From: Candidatus Acidiferrales bacterium
Lineage (GTDB): Bacteria; Acidobacteriota; Terriglobia; Acidiferrales; UBA7541
Direction: 5' to 3'
Assembly: GCA_049644285.1 (NCBI GenBank)
Contig: JBARRP010000064.1
Span: 2,469 to 34,468, forward strand
DNA: 32,000 nt
The notes beneath the pieces are model-generated. The model saw only the letters and a list, made by a program, of their open reading frames with translations. It was not told where the DNA came from and searched no databases. Each line of letters starts with the position of its first letter. Positions within the stretch are counted from its first letter, which is position 1. Shown in pieces: positions 1-8,713 of this stretch. The translations under genes were made by a program, and so were the position numbers.

Positions 1-2
1 TG

Positions 3-842
3 CTGCCCATCGAGCAGGTACGGCTTTCACCCGGCCAGGCGGGCCTGCTGAACGGCTGGGGGCTCTTCACCACCATCCGCATCGTTGAAGGCATTCCCTT
101 TGCTTTCGAGCGCCACTGGAAACGCCTGGAAAAAGATGCGGCGCGCACGCATTGCCCTTTGCCGTTCGCTTCCGAGAAAGTCCGCAGCCATCTCGGCGAA
201 GTGTTGCGCGCGAACCAGGTCAAAGAGGGCTGCGCGCGAATTTATGTCGTCTACAATCAGGTTGGATTCTGGCGGAGCGACGAAGATTTTCCGAACGTCG
301 ACCTGATTATTTACTCGGCCGGGCTTCCAGCTTACCGCGAGCCGGCGCGACTCGCTCTGCGAGAGCACGGACGCCACGCTGCCTCACCCCTTGCCGGCGT
401 GAAGGTAATTTCATGGCTGAACAACGTCTGGAATCTATACGAAGCGCAGCAGGACGGATTCGACGAGGTGCTCCTTCTCAACGAGCGCGGTGAAGTCGCT
501 GAATGCACCGCCGCCAATATCTTCTGCGTACGAAATGGACGAGTGCTGACGCCGCCGCTCGATTCGGGTTGCCTCGAAGGCGTCACTCGCGGAGTCCTGC
601 TCGAAGTCGGCCACGAGGTGGGTGTTCCGGTGGAAGAAAAAACGCTGCGGCGCGAAGATCTCTTCGCCGCCGAGGAAGTTTTCATTTCTTCGACGAATCG
701 CGGCTTGCTGGCCGTCTGCGAAATCGCCGGCCATCGCTACCCCGCCGCTCCCGGCCCCGTCACGCAAAAGCTCGAGAAGGCATTCGCCGCTTACATCACG
801 AATTATGTAAGCCGCTTCGCTCCCGCTTCCGCATCCCGCTGA
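3..842 (+). CDS. Class IV (fold-type IV) aminotransferase, branched-chain aminotransferase / aminodeoxychorismate-lyase-like; 5' end cut by window edge
   Basis: The frame stays open back to base 3 (LPIEQVRLSPGQAGLLNGWGLFTTIRIVEGIPFAFERHWKRL...), so the TTG at 159 in the ORF track is not the real start. Family-typical C-terminal blocks are present: ...EVAECTAANIFCV..., GVTRGVLLEV..., EEVFISSTNRGLLAV. Confidence 0.8.
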   Translation: MPIEQVRLSPGQAGLLNGWGLFTTIRIVEGIPFAFERHWKRLEKDAARTHCPLPFASEKVRSHLGEVLRANQVKEGCARIYVVYNQVGFWRSDEDFPNVDLIIYSAGLPAYREPARLALREHGRHAASPLAGVKVISWLNNVWNLYEAQQDGFDEVLLLNERGEVAECTAANIFCVRNGRVLTPPLDSGCLEGVTRGVLLEVGHEVGVPVEEKTLRREDLFAAEEVFISSTNRGLLAVCEIAGHRYPAAPGPVTQKLEKAFAAYITNYVSRFAPASASR

Positions 843-907
843 ATTGTGTAGAATCAGGGATCCAATGTCCGGCATCTGAAGAACACGCTTCCGAGGTGAG
901 GAATCCT

Positions 908-1231
908 ATGAGTGAATTGGCGAGCAAGACTTGCGTGCCCTGCCGCGGCGGCGTTCCCCCGCTTGCGGGAAAAGAACTCGAAGAGCTGGCCAAGCAAGTG
1001 CCCAACTGGAAGGTCGTCAACGGTCACCACCTAACCCGTGCATTCACCTTCCCTGATTTCCGCCAGGCGCTGGCCTTCACCAACAAGGTCGGAGCGCTGG
1101 CCGAAGAGCAAGGCCACCATCCGGATATCCTCCTTTCGTGGGGCAAAGCGGAAGTCACCACTTGGACGCATAAGATCAACGGCCTCACCGAGAGTGACTT
1201 CATTCTCGCGGCCAAGATCGACCGCCTGTAG
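908..1231 (+). CDS. Pterin-4-alpha-carbinolamine dehydratase (PCD/DCoH family)
   Basis: 107-aa product MSELASKTCVPCRGG...GHHPDILLSWGKAEVTTWTHKINGLTESDFILAAKID. The CxxC N-terminus and the HHPD...W.TH core are typical of PCD. GAGGTGAGG Shine-Dalgarno lies 7 nt upstream of ATG 908. The longer 503-start ORF is an upstream extension with arginine-rich junk. Confidence 0.85.
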   Translation: MSELASKTCVPCRGGVPPLAGKELEELAKQVPNWKVVNGHHLTRAFTFPDFRQALAFTNKVGALAEEQGHHPDILLSWGKAEVTTWTHKINGLTESDFILAAKIDRL

Positions 1232-1384
1232 CCTTTCGGCGCCATCAATCGACTCTCGCGGCGCTCCTCAGCCGCGAGCGCACCGCCTAACAATTCGCGC
1301 AAAAAGTTACTTTCTCTGTCATCTCCGATTTCTGGAGTCCGGTGGAATCGATCGGAGTCCTGAAACCGGACCCGAGCGAAGCGA

Positions 1385-1427
1385 GGGATCTGCTTTTCGC
1401 AATATATTCACGGAAAAAGCAGATTCC
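1385..1427. other. Strong hairpin between convergent genes (possible bidirectional terminator-like structure)
   Basis: ATCTGCTTTT (1388-1397) is the perfect reverse complement of AAAAGCAGAT (1415-1424). It is extendable by GGG/TCC with one G.T pair, and the loop is 17 nt. It sits between the PCD stop (1231) and the sedolisin stop (1512). No clean U-tract follows on either strand. Confidence 0.3.
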
Positions 1428-1511
1428 TCGTGGAGCATAGGTCCCCATTATCTTCGGGACCTGCCCCTACGATTTAATTGGTATAGTCTCTGCACTCAAC
1501 CGTAACGCCAA

Positions 1512-3041
1512 TCACTTTGTCGCAGCTCTGCGCCTTGCCTGGGCCACCGGCTGACCGCTGAGGGCTGCTAAGAGCTTCGCGCCATCGGGACTACCGAGAC
1601 CCGTGCATGGATCCCAGCCCGGTGCCGCGTTATAGCCGCCGTTGTCACCCTGCGAAATATCATTCATGGCCGGTTCGACGTTCTGCGAGTACAGCAGCGG
1701 GTTGAGAAAATCAACCGGCTGCTTCAGGGATTGATTGACGAGTGCGGTTAGACCGGCCCAAAGAGGTGCCACCGCGCTCGTGCCTCCAATTACGGTCACC
1801 GCACCATCCACGACCACGTTGTAGCCGGTTGTCGGGTCGGCATCGCCGGCCACATCCGGGACGCCGCGGCCCGTTTGACCATTCGGCGCGGCGGGCACGT
1901 TTGCGCTTTGATGCCACGTCGGAGTTGGCTGGAAAAACTGGCTGACGCCGCCGCCCGTCGCTCCTTCGTTTTGAGCCAGCTCGTTCCAAGCTTCTTCATG
2001 GGTGATTGTGGTCCCTGATGCCACCAGCTTGGTCCCGCCACATCCGGTCACATGCGGGCTCGACGCCGGGAAATCGACCGTCAAGTTGCCGTTGGGATCG
2101 CCATCGGTGGCGCCGTTGTCGCCGGAAGCGGCGAAGATGGCGATGCCCATCGTCGCTGCATCCTGGCAGGCCGAGTCAAAGGCGCTCATCGCCTGCTGCG
2201 TCCACGTATTTTCCGGTCCGCCCCAACTGATGGAGATGACGCTAGGCCGCAGGTTCGTATCATGGATGGCCGTTGTCAGCGCATCCAGAAAACCTCGATC
2301 CGTGTTCGGAGCGAAGTAAACCCCGATCTGCGCCCGCGGCGCAATCGCCCCGGCAATCTCGACATCCAATTCCACTTCCCCATCGGGCCCGGAGGGATCT
2401 CCCGTGGGGGCATTGGCGGCGCCGTCCACGGAAATTGCACTGACCTTCGGATTTGGGAGCTGCAAATTCCCGAAGAACGCGTTGAGATCTGCCGACCGGT
2501 ATCCTCCGCCCAGCTCAAGAATGCCGATGGACTGCCCCGAGCCGTCGAGGCCAGCTGGAAAATCATAAGCCTGAGCGACCTGAGGTGGATCGTAGCCACC
2601 TTGCTGGACGTGGGGCTGAACCTTTCCCTTCCCGCTCTTGCGGATTCGGAAATGGGGTCGAGCCTGAGGCCGGTCGTCCAAACCGAAAACGCCTTCAATG
2701 ACTCCCGACAGTTCGGCCGGAATCGTCAACGACCCCGTCCGTCCGCGATAGGTTCCTTGCGGGTGTTCGAAACGGCTCAGCTCGACTTCGAAGGCGCGGC
2801 TGAAAGCCTCGACCGACCCCGCGAGGACGACCGAACGGCGGGCAGGATCCTCGCGAAGGACCTGCAGGCCGAATTCCGAGGCGAATTTTCGAATGCTCGC
2901 GATGTCGTCCGGATGGCCCCCATGCGTCCGCGCGAATTCTTCTCGGGTCAGGTGGTAGCGTTCCTTGGGCAGTCGAGCTCCGAGCTGGTCAACGTCGGGA
3001 TACTCGCTGGCTTTCGAGCGCCGGCGCAGCAAGATGGTCAC
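1512..3041 (-). CDS. S53 family serine peptidase (sedolisin / kumamolisin-like) with pro-kumamolisin activation domain
   Basis: The N-terminal pro-domain-like region (IEVTILLRRR...ARTHGGHPDDIASIRKFASEFGL) is followed by a catalytic domain with SGDNG and GGTSAVAPLWAG (the nucleophile Ser context of S53). The 3041 start is the first canonical start (GTG), and the true N-terminus is uncertain (see finding). Confidence 0.85.
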   Translation of the reverse strand: MTILLRRRSKASEYPDVDQLGARLPKERYHLTREEFARTHGGHPDDIASIRKFASEFGLQVLREDPARRSVVLAGSVEAFSRAFEVELSRFEHPQGTYRGRTGSLTIPAELSGVIEGVFGLDDRPQARPHFRIRKSGKGKVQPHVQQGGYDPPQVAQAYDFPAGLDGSGQSIGILELGGGYRSADLNAFFGNLQLPNPKVSAISVDGAANAPTGDPSGPDGEVELDVEIAGAIAPRAQIGVYFAPNTDRGFLDALTTAIHDTNLRPSVISISWGGPENTWTQQAMSAFDSACQDAATMGIAIFAASGDNGATDGDPNGNLTVDFPASSPHVTGCGGTKLVASGTTITHEEAWNELAQNEGATGGGVSQFFQPTPTWHQSANVPAAPNGQTGRGVPDVAGDADPTTGYNVVVDGAVTVIGGTSAVAPLWAGLTALVNQSLKQPVDFLNPLLYSQNVEPAMNDISQGDNGGYNAAPGWDPCTGLGSPDGAKLLAALSGQPVAQARRRAATK

Positions 3042-3303
3042 CTCGATTCGCTGGTTGGGATCGGCGGCGCCTCGGATTCCCTGAGAGTCAGAGACTGTGG
3101 GTTCGGGACGGACCGTTAAGGCGAATCGTGGAAACTAACCACGCTTGTTACTGGGTTTCTGTTCCCGGGTTGCCGGCTTCGAGTGAGGGAGGAGCCGGGA
3201 GAGGGCAGCCCATCGAGCGGTACGCACTTGGTCCCGAGCGACCGAGACCGTCAATCTCCGGAACTCGACTGAAGTACTGCTTCCCGGAGGCTGAGCGGTG
3301 GCG

Positions 3304-3332
3304 ATTCTACGTAACTGGATAGTGTAAGTCAA
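3304..3332 (-). promoter_or_regulatory. Sigma70-type promoter reading toward the sedolisin gene
   Basis: The minus strand reads TTGACT (3332-3327), a 17-nt spacer, then TAGAAT (3309-3304). It lies in the only AT-rich patch of the 3042-3456 divergent intergenic region. Confidence 0.55.
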
Positions 3333-3456
3333 GATTTAGTTAATGTGCCAACATCCGTAAGAAAACCGATGTGCGCATTCAAAGCCACCCGCGCCCCACT
3401 GCGGATTCTTCCCACGGATCGCGCCTCGGGATTCGGCTCAGGGGCCGTGATACGAT

Positions 3457-4860
3457 TTGGTCTTAGACACCGCAGTGGCCACACAACTCCAAACCGTGAA
3501 TTCGTACAGGGACGAGCTCAAACCAATGCTGCGCCTGGCCGGCCCCATTGTGTTCGCGGAGCTTGGCTGGATGAGCATGGGCATCGTCGACACGATGATG
3601 GTAGGCCGCTTGCCCAACAGCGCCGAAGCCATTGGTGCAGTCAGCCTCGGAAGCATTCTTTTCATTTCCGTTGGAATCTTCGGCACCGGCATCATGCTCG
3701 GTCTGGATACGCTGGTGTCGCAGTCCTTCGGAGCAGGCGAGGTCGAGGACTGCCACCACTTGCTTTTCAATGGCGTGTACTTGAGCCTCGCAATCGCGCC
3801 AATCCTGATGGGCATCGTCTGGGTGTGGCCTTTGCTCTTGCGCAACTTCGGGATTGACCCAGCCGTGCTGCGGTTAGCCTCTGCTTATCTCTACGCGCTC
3901 AACTGGAGCACCCTTCCTCTGCTGCTCTATTTCGTTTTCCGAAGATATCTGCAGGCCATGAACCAAGCGGCGCCGGTGATGTTCGCGCTCATCAGCGCGA
4001 ACCTGGTGAATCTCGCCTTCGATTGGATTCTGATCTATGGACATTCCGGCGCGCCGGCAATGGGCGCGGTAGGCTCGGGATGGGCAACCTGCATTTCGCG
4101 AATCTACATGGCGACGATGCTGCTGATCTACATCCTCTATTACGACCATCGCCATAAGACCGGACTGCGCAAGATTCCTGGCTGGCCGAACCTCGCGCGT
4201 ATCCGCCATCTGGTCAAGCTGGGATTCCCCGCCGGCGCGCAACTCGCCTTCGAAGTCGCCGTTTTTGCCGCCGCCACCGCGCTGATCGGGAAGTTGGGCG
4301 CCTTGCCGCTTGCCAGCAATCAGATCGCCCTCAACACCGCCAGCTTCACCTACATGGTTCCTCTCGGAATCGGTTCCGCGGCAGCCGTGCGTGTGGGACA
4401 GGCGCTGGGACGCGGCGATTTCCCCGCAGCAAATCGCGCCGGCTGGACCGCTCTCTCACTCGGAGCAGGTTTCATGTTGTGCATGGCCGTCGCGTTCTGG
4501 ACGATTCCGCAATCGATTGCTCGAATCTTCACACCCGATCCCGTCGTGATTCATGCCACGGTCAGATTGCTCTTCGTCGCCGCTTTCTTTCAGCTTTTCG
4601 ACGGGCTGCAAGCGGTCGCTACCGGAGCGCTTCGCGGCGGCGGCGACACGCGAACGCCCATGCTTTGCCATCTCATCGGCTACTGGGTGATCGGTTTGCC
4701 TCTCGGTTACATTCTGTGTTTCCACTTCGGCTGGGGCGCCCCAGGAATGTGGAGCGGTCTATGCGTCGCGTTAATCTTGATTGGAGTGGCCTTGCTGCTC
4801 GCATGGCGACGCGTAGCACAAGCTAGAATCGTCGCTCCCGCCAGGGCCGGGCGCGCGTGA
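3457..4860 (+). CDS. MATE family multidrug/toxic-compound efflux transporter
   Basis: 467 aa and polytopic. The N-terminal LRLAGPIVFAELGWMSMGIVDTMMVGRL and the repeated second half (FPAGAQLAFEVAVFAAATALIGKLG...) show the typical MATE 6+6 TM architecture. The TTG start is uncertain. Confidence 0.85.
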   Translation: MVLDTAVATQLQTVNSYRDELKPMLRLAGPIVFAELGWMSMGIVDTMMVGRLPNSAEAIGAVSLGSILFISVGIFGTGIMLGLDTLVSQSFGAGEVEDCHHLLFNGVYLSLAIAPILMGIVWVWPLLLRNFGIDPAVLRLASAYLYALNWSTLPLLLYFVFRRYLQAMNQAAPVMFALISANLVNLAFDWILIYGHSGAPAMGAVGSGWATCISRIYMATMLLIYILYYDHRHKTGLRKIPGWPNLARIRHLVKLGFPAGAQLAFEVAVFAAATALIGKLGALPLASNQIALNTASFTYMVPLGIGSAAAVRVGQALGRGDFPAANRAGWTALSLGAGFMLCMAVAFWTIPQSIARIFTPDPVVIHATVRLLFVAAFFQLFDGLQAVATGALRGGGDTRTPMLCHLIGYWVIGLPLGYILCFHFGWGAPGMWSGLCVALILIGVALLLAWRRVAQARIVAPARAGRA

Positions 4861-6437
4861 GCACAAATCCTTTCGACAGTCGTGGACCGAAGGGCCCTGT
4901 AAACCCCTGGATCATCGCTGGCACCGTGATCCTCGCGACGTTCATGGAGGTGCTGGATACCAGCGTCGCCAATGTTTCTCTTCCTCACATCGCCGGAAGC
5001 CTTTCGGCCGGAGTGGATGAGAGCACCTGGGTTCTGACCTCTTATCTCGTGTCGAATGCCATTGTTCTGCCGCTTACCGGTTGGTTTTCCACCCTCTTTG
5101 GCCGCAAAAATTTCTACATGGGCTGCGTTGTCGTTTTCACCGTCAGCTCACTCCTTTGTGGACTTGCAACCAGCCTTCCCCTCCTTGTCTTCTTCCGTGT
5201 CCTGCAAGGAGCGGGCGGTGGAGGACTTCAGCCGATTTCTCAGGCGATCCTCGTGGATAGCTTCCCCCGCGAGAAACAAGGGATGGCCATGGCCATCTAT
5301 GGCATGGGAGTCGTTGTCGCGCCAACCATCGGCCCCACCCTCGGCGGATGGATCACCGACAATTACACTTGGCGATGGATCTTCTTCATCAATGTCCCCG
5401 TTGGCATTCTCTCCATTCTTCTGACTTCCCTCCTCATCGCCGACCCCCCTCACGCCGCGAAGAAAGCGGGCGGTGTGCGCATTGACTATCTCGGACTTGG
5501 CCTGCTCAGCGTGGGACTCGGCTTCGCTCAAATCGTACTCGATAAAGGACAGCGGGACGATTGGTTTGGCTCGCCGTTCATCCTGTGGTCAACAGTGACT
5601 GCGGTGGTGGCGCTAGCCGGGACCATTCTGTGGGAGCTTTGGGTGAAAGATCCCGTGATCGAGTTGCGCCTGCTAAGAGAGCGGAATTTCTTCCTGTCTA
5701 CATTCATGATGTACGTGCTTGGATTCGTTCTCTACGGCACCACCGTGCTGTTGCCGATTCTCTTGCAAACGTTGATGGGCTATACAGCCCAACAAAGCGG
5801 TATTGTGCTTTTCCCCGGCGGCTTGGTCGTGTTGCTGGTCCTCCCGGCTGTGGGGTGGTTGCTCTCCAGGTTCGAGGCGAGATGGCTCGTTGTGGTCGGC
5901 TTTGCAGTGTCCGCGGTGGGTCTGCTGCAGATGTCGCATCTCACACTGGATGTTTCGATGCGAACACCCGTTTGGTATTGGGTGATCTCGCGCCTGGGCG
6001 TGGCTTTTCTATTCGTGCCCGTCAACGTGATGGCGTTCTTTTACGTCCCTCGCGAGAAGATCAACAACGCCACTGGCCTGATCAACCTGGCCCGCAACAT
6101 CGGCGGAAGTATGGGCATCTCTTTCGTTACCACGATGCTCGACCGCCGCGCCCAATACCATCAAGGCATCCTCGTCAGCAGCGTGCACGCCGGGGATTTG
6201 CACTACCAGTGGATGATTCGCCGCCTCTCACACGCTCTGATGACTCGCGGCTTGGATGCCACTCAGGCCCTTCATCAAGCCCAGGGCCTCATCTATCAAA
6301 CCGTCCAGCGCCAAGCCTCGATGCTTTCTTTCATCGACGATTTCTGGATCATGGCCATGATCTGCCTGAGCGTGATTCCGCTTCTCTTCCTGATGAAGAA
6401 GATTCGCCCCGGCAAAGCCCCCGTCGCTGCCCACTGA
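4857..6437 (+). CDS. MFS transporter, DHA2 (EmrB/QacA) drug-resistance subfamily, 14-TM type
   Basis: 526 aa with FMEVLDTSVANVSLPHIAGSL, LTGWFSTLFGRKN, and the RVLQGAGGGGLQP motif typical of EmrB/QacA. The GTG start overlaps the MATE stop (GTGA, 4857-4860). Confidence 0.85.
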   Translation: MSTNPFDSRGPKGPVNPWIIAGTVILATFMEVLDTSVANVSLPHIAGSLSAGVDESTWVLTSYLVSNAIVLPLTGWFSTLFGRKNFYMGCVVVFTVSSLLCGLATSLPLLVFFRVLQGAGGGGLQPISQAILVDSFPREKQGMAMAIYGMGVVVAPTIGPTLGGWITDNYTWRWIFFINVPVGILSILLTSLLIADPPHAAKKAGGVRIDYLGLGLLSVGLGFAQIVLDKGQRDDWFGSPFILWSTVTAVVALAGTILWELWVKDPVIELRLLRERNFFLSTFMMYVLGFVLYGTTVLLPILLQTLMGYTAQQSGIVLFPGGLVVLLVLPAVGWLLSRFEARWLVVVGFAVSAVGLLQMSHLTLDVSMRTPVWYWVISRLGVAFLFVPVNVMAFFYVPREKINNATGLINLARNIGGSMGISFVTTMLDRRAQYHQGILVSSVHAGDLHYQWMIRRLSHALMTRGLDATQALHQAQGLIYQTVQRQASMLSFIDDFWIMAMICLSVIPLLFLMKKIRPGKAPVAAH

Positions 6438-6476
6438 GAGGCACGCGCAACCCCTCTGGTCAGAACGGGTTCGTAG

Positions 6477-6502
6477 CCCGGGTCTTAAGACCCGGGGGGT
6501 TT
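6477..6502 (+). terminator. Rho-independent terminator after the MFS gene
   Basis: A perfect 20-nt palindrome CCCGGGTCTTAAGACCCGGG (6477-6496) is followed by GGTTTT. It lies between convergent genes. Confidence 0.7.
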
Positions 6503-6561
6503 TCCGCCCGGCAACCGCGTTACGCATTGCTGGCGGCAGTTTTGTGGACGATTATGCCGCT

Positions 6562-8694
6562 TCATGGTTTTTCCGACGATGTTGCGGGCTGTAAATCGGT
6601 TCTCGCCTGACGTAGGACTTCTGAATTTTTCTTGAGTTCATTCTCGAGAATTTGCTCTTGCTCGCCAGCGTGTTTCCAGTCGCCCGCTTCGGCCGCTTCG
6701 GTCAAGCCGGGCAGTTCCAAGTGCGCGTAGGTGTAACGCGCCGCATAGAGCGTGTGCTTGAACCACGGCCGTCCGGGGATGCCCTCCGGATTGCACCAGT
6801 TCCTTTCCACCTGCATCAGCGCGCGGTTGATGCGATCGGCCGCCGCCGAGTCGAACGAGCCGTTGCGCAGCGCTTGGGCAGCCGCCTCGTTCCATTCCCG
6901 TCCCTCCGTCTCGAATTCCGTAATGTGGGCGAGCAGCGGCGCCAGATCCAGGTGCGCGCTGACGTGACTCCGCCTGTCCAGCTCCTGCACGAAGGCTCGG
7001 ATATCGCGCGCATAGGCCTCAAAATCATAGGGAAGAACCTGTGAGTTCGCCAGGCGCAGCGCAATCTCGCCCCACACCTGCGTCATTAAAGCATGATAAC
7101 GATAGCCAGGATCGCCAAAATGGTTCATCCAGAAGTAGTCGTCATACATCGAGTGGTACACGCCGTAGGGACCGTCGAACTCCAGCCCCACCGTCGGAAT
7201 CCCCAGGAAATTCAGAAACACCGTGTGATCGGAGCCGCTCCCAATGTGTGTATCGGCCAGGTCGGCATCGGCGATGGCGTGCTTTTCATCCAGCTCGCGT
7301 TGTCGCGTGGTTTTCCATTCATCATAGAGCGTCTTGCCCGACGGCGCCGGGAGCGTGCGGCTCACCTCAACGAGGAGTGGCGCAAGCGAGCCGACCGCGG
7401 TGCCATGAAAATCGAAGCCGGATGCGGAGGAATCTACATTCAGATACGCGATTGCCTTCTGCTTCAGCTCCTCGGCAAACTCCTCGCCCCATTCCGTCGA
7501 GCCTGTCAGTGCATACTCCTCGCCGTCCCAACTGCAAAGGACAAGCGTGCGCCGCGGGCGTATTCCTTCCTTTAATAACTGCCCTAGATTCCGGGTCAGC
7601 TCCAGCATGGAAGCGGTGCCGCTTGAGGGATCGACACCCCCAAACACCCACGCGTCGCGGTGATTGCCGAGAATCACCCATTCATCCGGAAACCCGCCGC
7701 CGCGGATGCGCGCCTCAGTGACGTAGTACGGCTGCACGCTCGTATTCATATCCACCTTCAAATGCACCTGCACCCGCTTGCCGCCGAGCCGGTATTTGAT
7801 CGGCAAGCCACCTTGCCATGACGGAGGCGCTTCCGGGCCATCCATGTTTTGCAGCAGCGGCTTGGCGTCGTGCCAGGAAAGAGGGACGCCGATGATTTTG
7901 GGCAGCGAGATCGCTTGTTCCGGTGGAATTCGTTTTGCGCCAGGCACCGACGCCCAGCCCGGCGTGAGGGGATCGCCCGGTTCGAGAAAATCATACGTAA
8001 TCGCGCCGCGCTGGATATGCGTTTCGGGTCCCCACGGCCCCATCGGATAGACCTTTCCCTTCCTGTACCCATCTTCCGCCGGATCGGAATAGATCAGGAG
8101 CGCAGCCGCGCCCTCGCGCTGCGCAGTCAATGCCTTGAACCCGCGATAGCTGTAAGGGTTCGAATAGCGCGCCAGCACGATTTTCCCGCGAACGTCGATC
8201 CCCTCGCGCCGCAGCAGATCGTAGTCCTCCGGATTTCCACTGTGCGCGTAAACCACCGGCGCGGTCACTTCACCGGAAGCCGAGTAGCCGAGGAAAGCGC
8301 CGGTGACATTCGGGTTCTTCGTATCCGCGTCCTCGTCATAGGGCTCTTCACGCAGCAAGGCGCGATACTGCGTGGGACTCACCATTTCGAGCGATACTTC
8401 GCGCGGCGTCGAATTCAGCACGTCGTATTCGTGAATTGTGACGTCCTCGAGCCCCTGTTCCTTCCACCGATCGGCCACCCACCGGGCGAGTTCGTTGTTG
8501 CGCGCCGAGCCCGCGGGATGCGGTTCGGCCGTAAGATACCGGTGAAATTTTTCAATCTGGTCGGTCGAAGCAAGAACGCGATATTGCTCCTCGATGTTTC
8601 GTTCCGTGCGGGCCGCCTCGGGAGAAAAGCCGCTTGCGACGGCTCCATCGGGCTTGGCGCGAAAGACAAAAGCTGCCAGGAACGCTGCGGGCAC
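6562..8694 (-). CDS. M28 family metallopeptidase with PA domain and transferrin-receptor-like dimerisation domain (glutamate carboxypeptidase II / NAALADase-like)
   Basis: 710 aa. The N-terminal block IEKFHRYLTAEPHPAGSARNNELARWVADRWKEQGLEDV is followed by an M28 core (LGNHRDAWVFGGVDPSSGTA, SWDGEEYALTGSTEW, GSGSDHTVF) and a C-terminal helical TfR-like region. The start codon GTG 8694 gives a short hydrophobic N-terminus. The hydrophobic signal-like sequence continues upstream without a canonical start. Confidence 0.8.
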   Translation of the reverse strand: MPAAFLAAFVFRAKPDGAVASGFSPEAARTERNIEEQYRVLASTDQIEKFHRYLTAEPHPAGSARNNELARWVADRWKEQGLEDVTIHEYDVLNSTPREVSLEMVSPTQYRALLREEPYDEDADTKNPNVTGAFLGYSASGEVTAPVVYAHSGNPEDYDLLRREGIDVRGKIVLARYSNPYSYRGFKALTAQREGAAALLIYSDPAEDGYRKGKVYPMGPWGPETHIQRGAITYDFLEPGDPLTPGWASVPGAKRIPPEQAISLPKIIGVPLSWHDAKPLLQNMDGPEAPPSWQGGLPIKYRLGGKRVQVHLKVDMNTSVQPYYVTEARIRGGGFPDEWVILGNHRDAWVFGGVDPSSGTASMLELTRNLGQLLKEGIRPRRTLVLCSWDGEEYALTGSTEWGEEFAEELKQKAIAYLNVDSSASGFDFHGTAVGSLAPLLVEVSRTLPAPSGKTLYDEWKTTRQRELDEKHAIADADLADTHIGSGSDHTVFLNFLGIPTVGLEFDGPYGVYHSMYDDYFWMNHFGDPGYRYHALMTQVWGEIALRLANSQVLPYDFEAYARDIRAFVQELDRRSHVSAHLDLAPLLAHITEFETEGREWNEAAAQALRNGSFDSAAADRINRALMQVERNWCNPEGIPGRPWFKHTLYAARYTYAHLELPGLTEAAEAGDWKHAGEQEQILENELKKNSEVLRQARTDLQPATSSEKP

Positions 8695-8713
8695 AAGTAG
8701 AGAGAGGCTGAAT

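Noticed and set aside
843-854. A possible promoter -10 (TAGAAT, 849-854) upstream of the PCD gene.
   Set aside because: There is no acceptable -35 at 16-18 nt (CTTCCG) and the TG is not at the extended -10 position. The evidence is too weak to call.
2052-3119. Long antisense or overlapping ORFs in the six-frame track. Examples: 2052..3119 +, 5561..6610 +, 7849..8700 +, 9110..10144 +, 15621..16421 -, 15953..16663 -, 17270..18355 +, 20007..20849 +, 22295..23140 -, 23583..25010 -, 25429..26256 -, 28051..29784 -.
   Set aside because: Each lies opposite to or out of frame with a gene that has clear family motifs. They are Arg/Pro/Gly/Ala-rich, as expected from stop-codon-poor alternative frames in high-GC DNA.
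3135-3332. 65-aa minus-strand ORF upstream of the sedolisin gene.
   Set aside because: Its TTG start is the -35 hexamer of the predicted promoter, so it would lie outside the transcript. The sequence is not protein-like.
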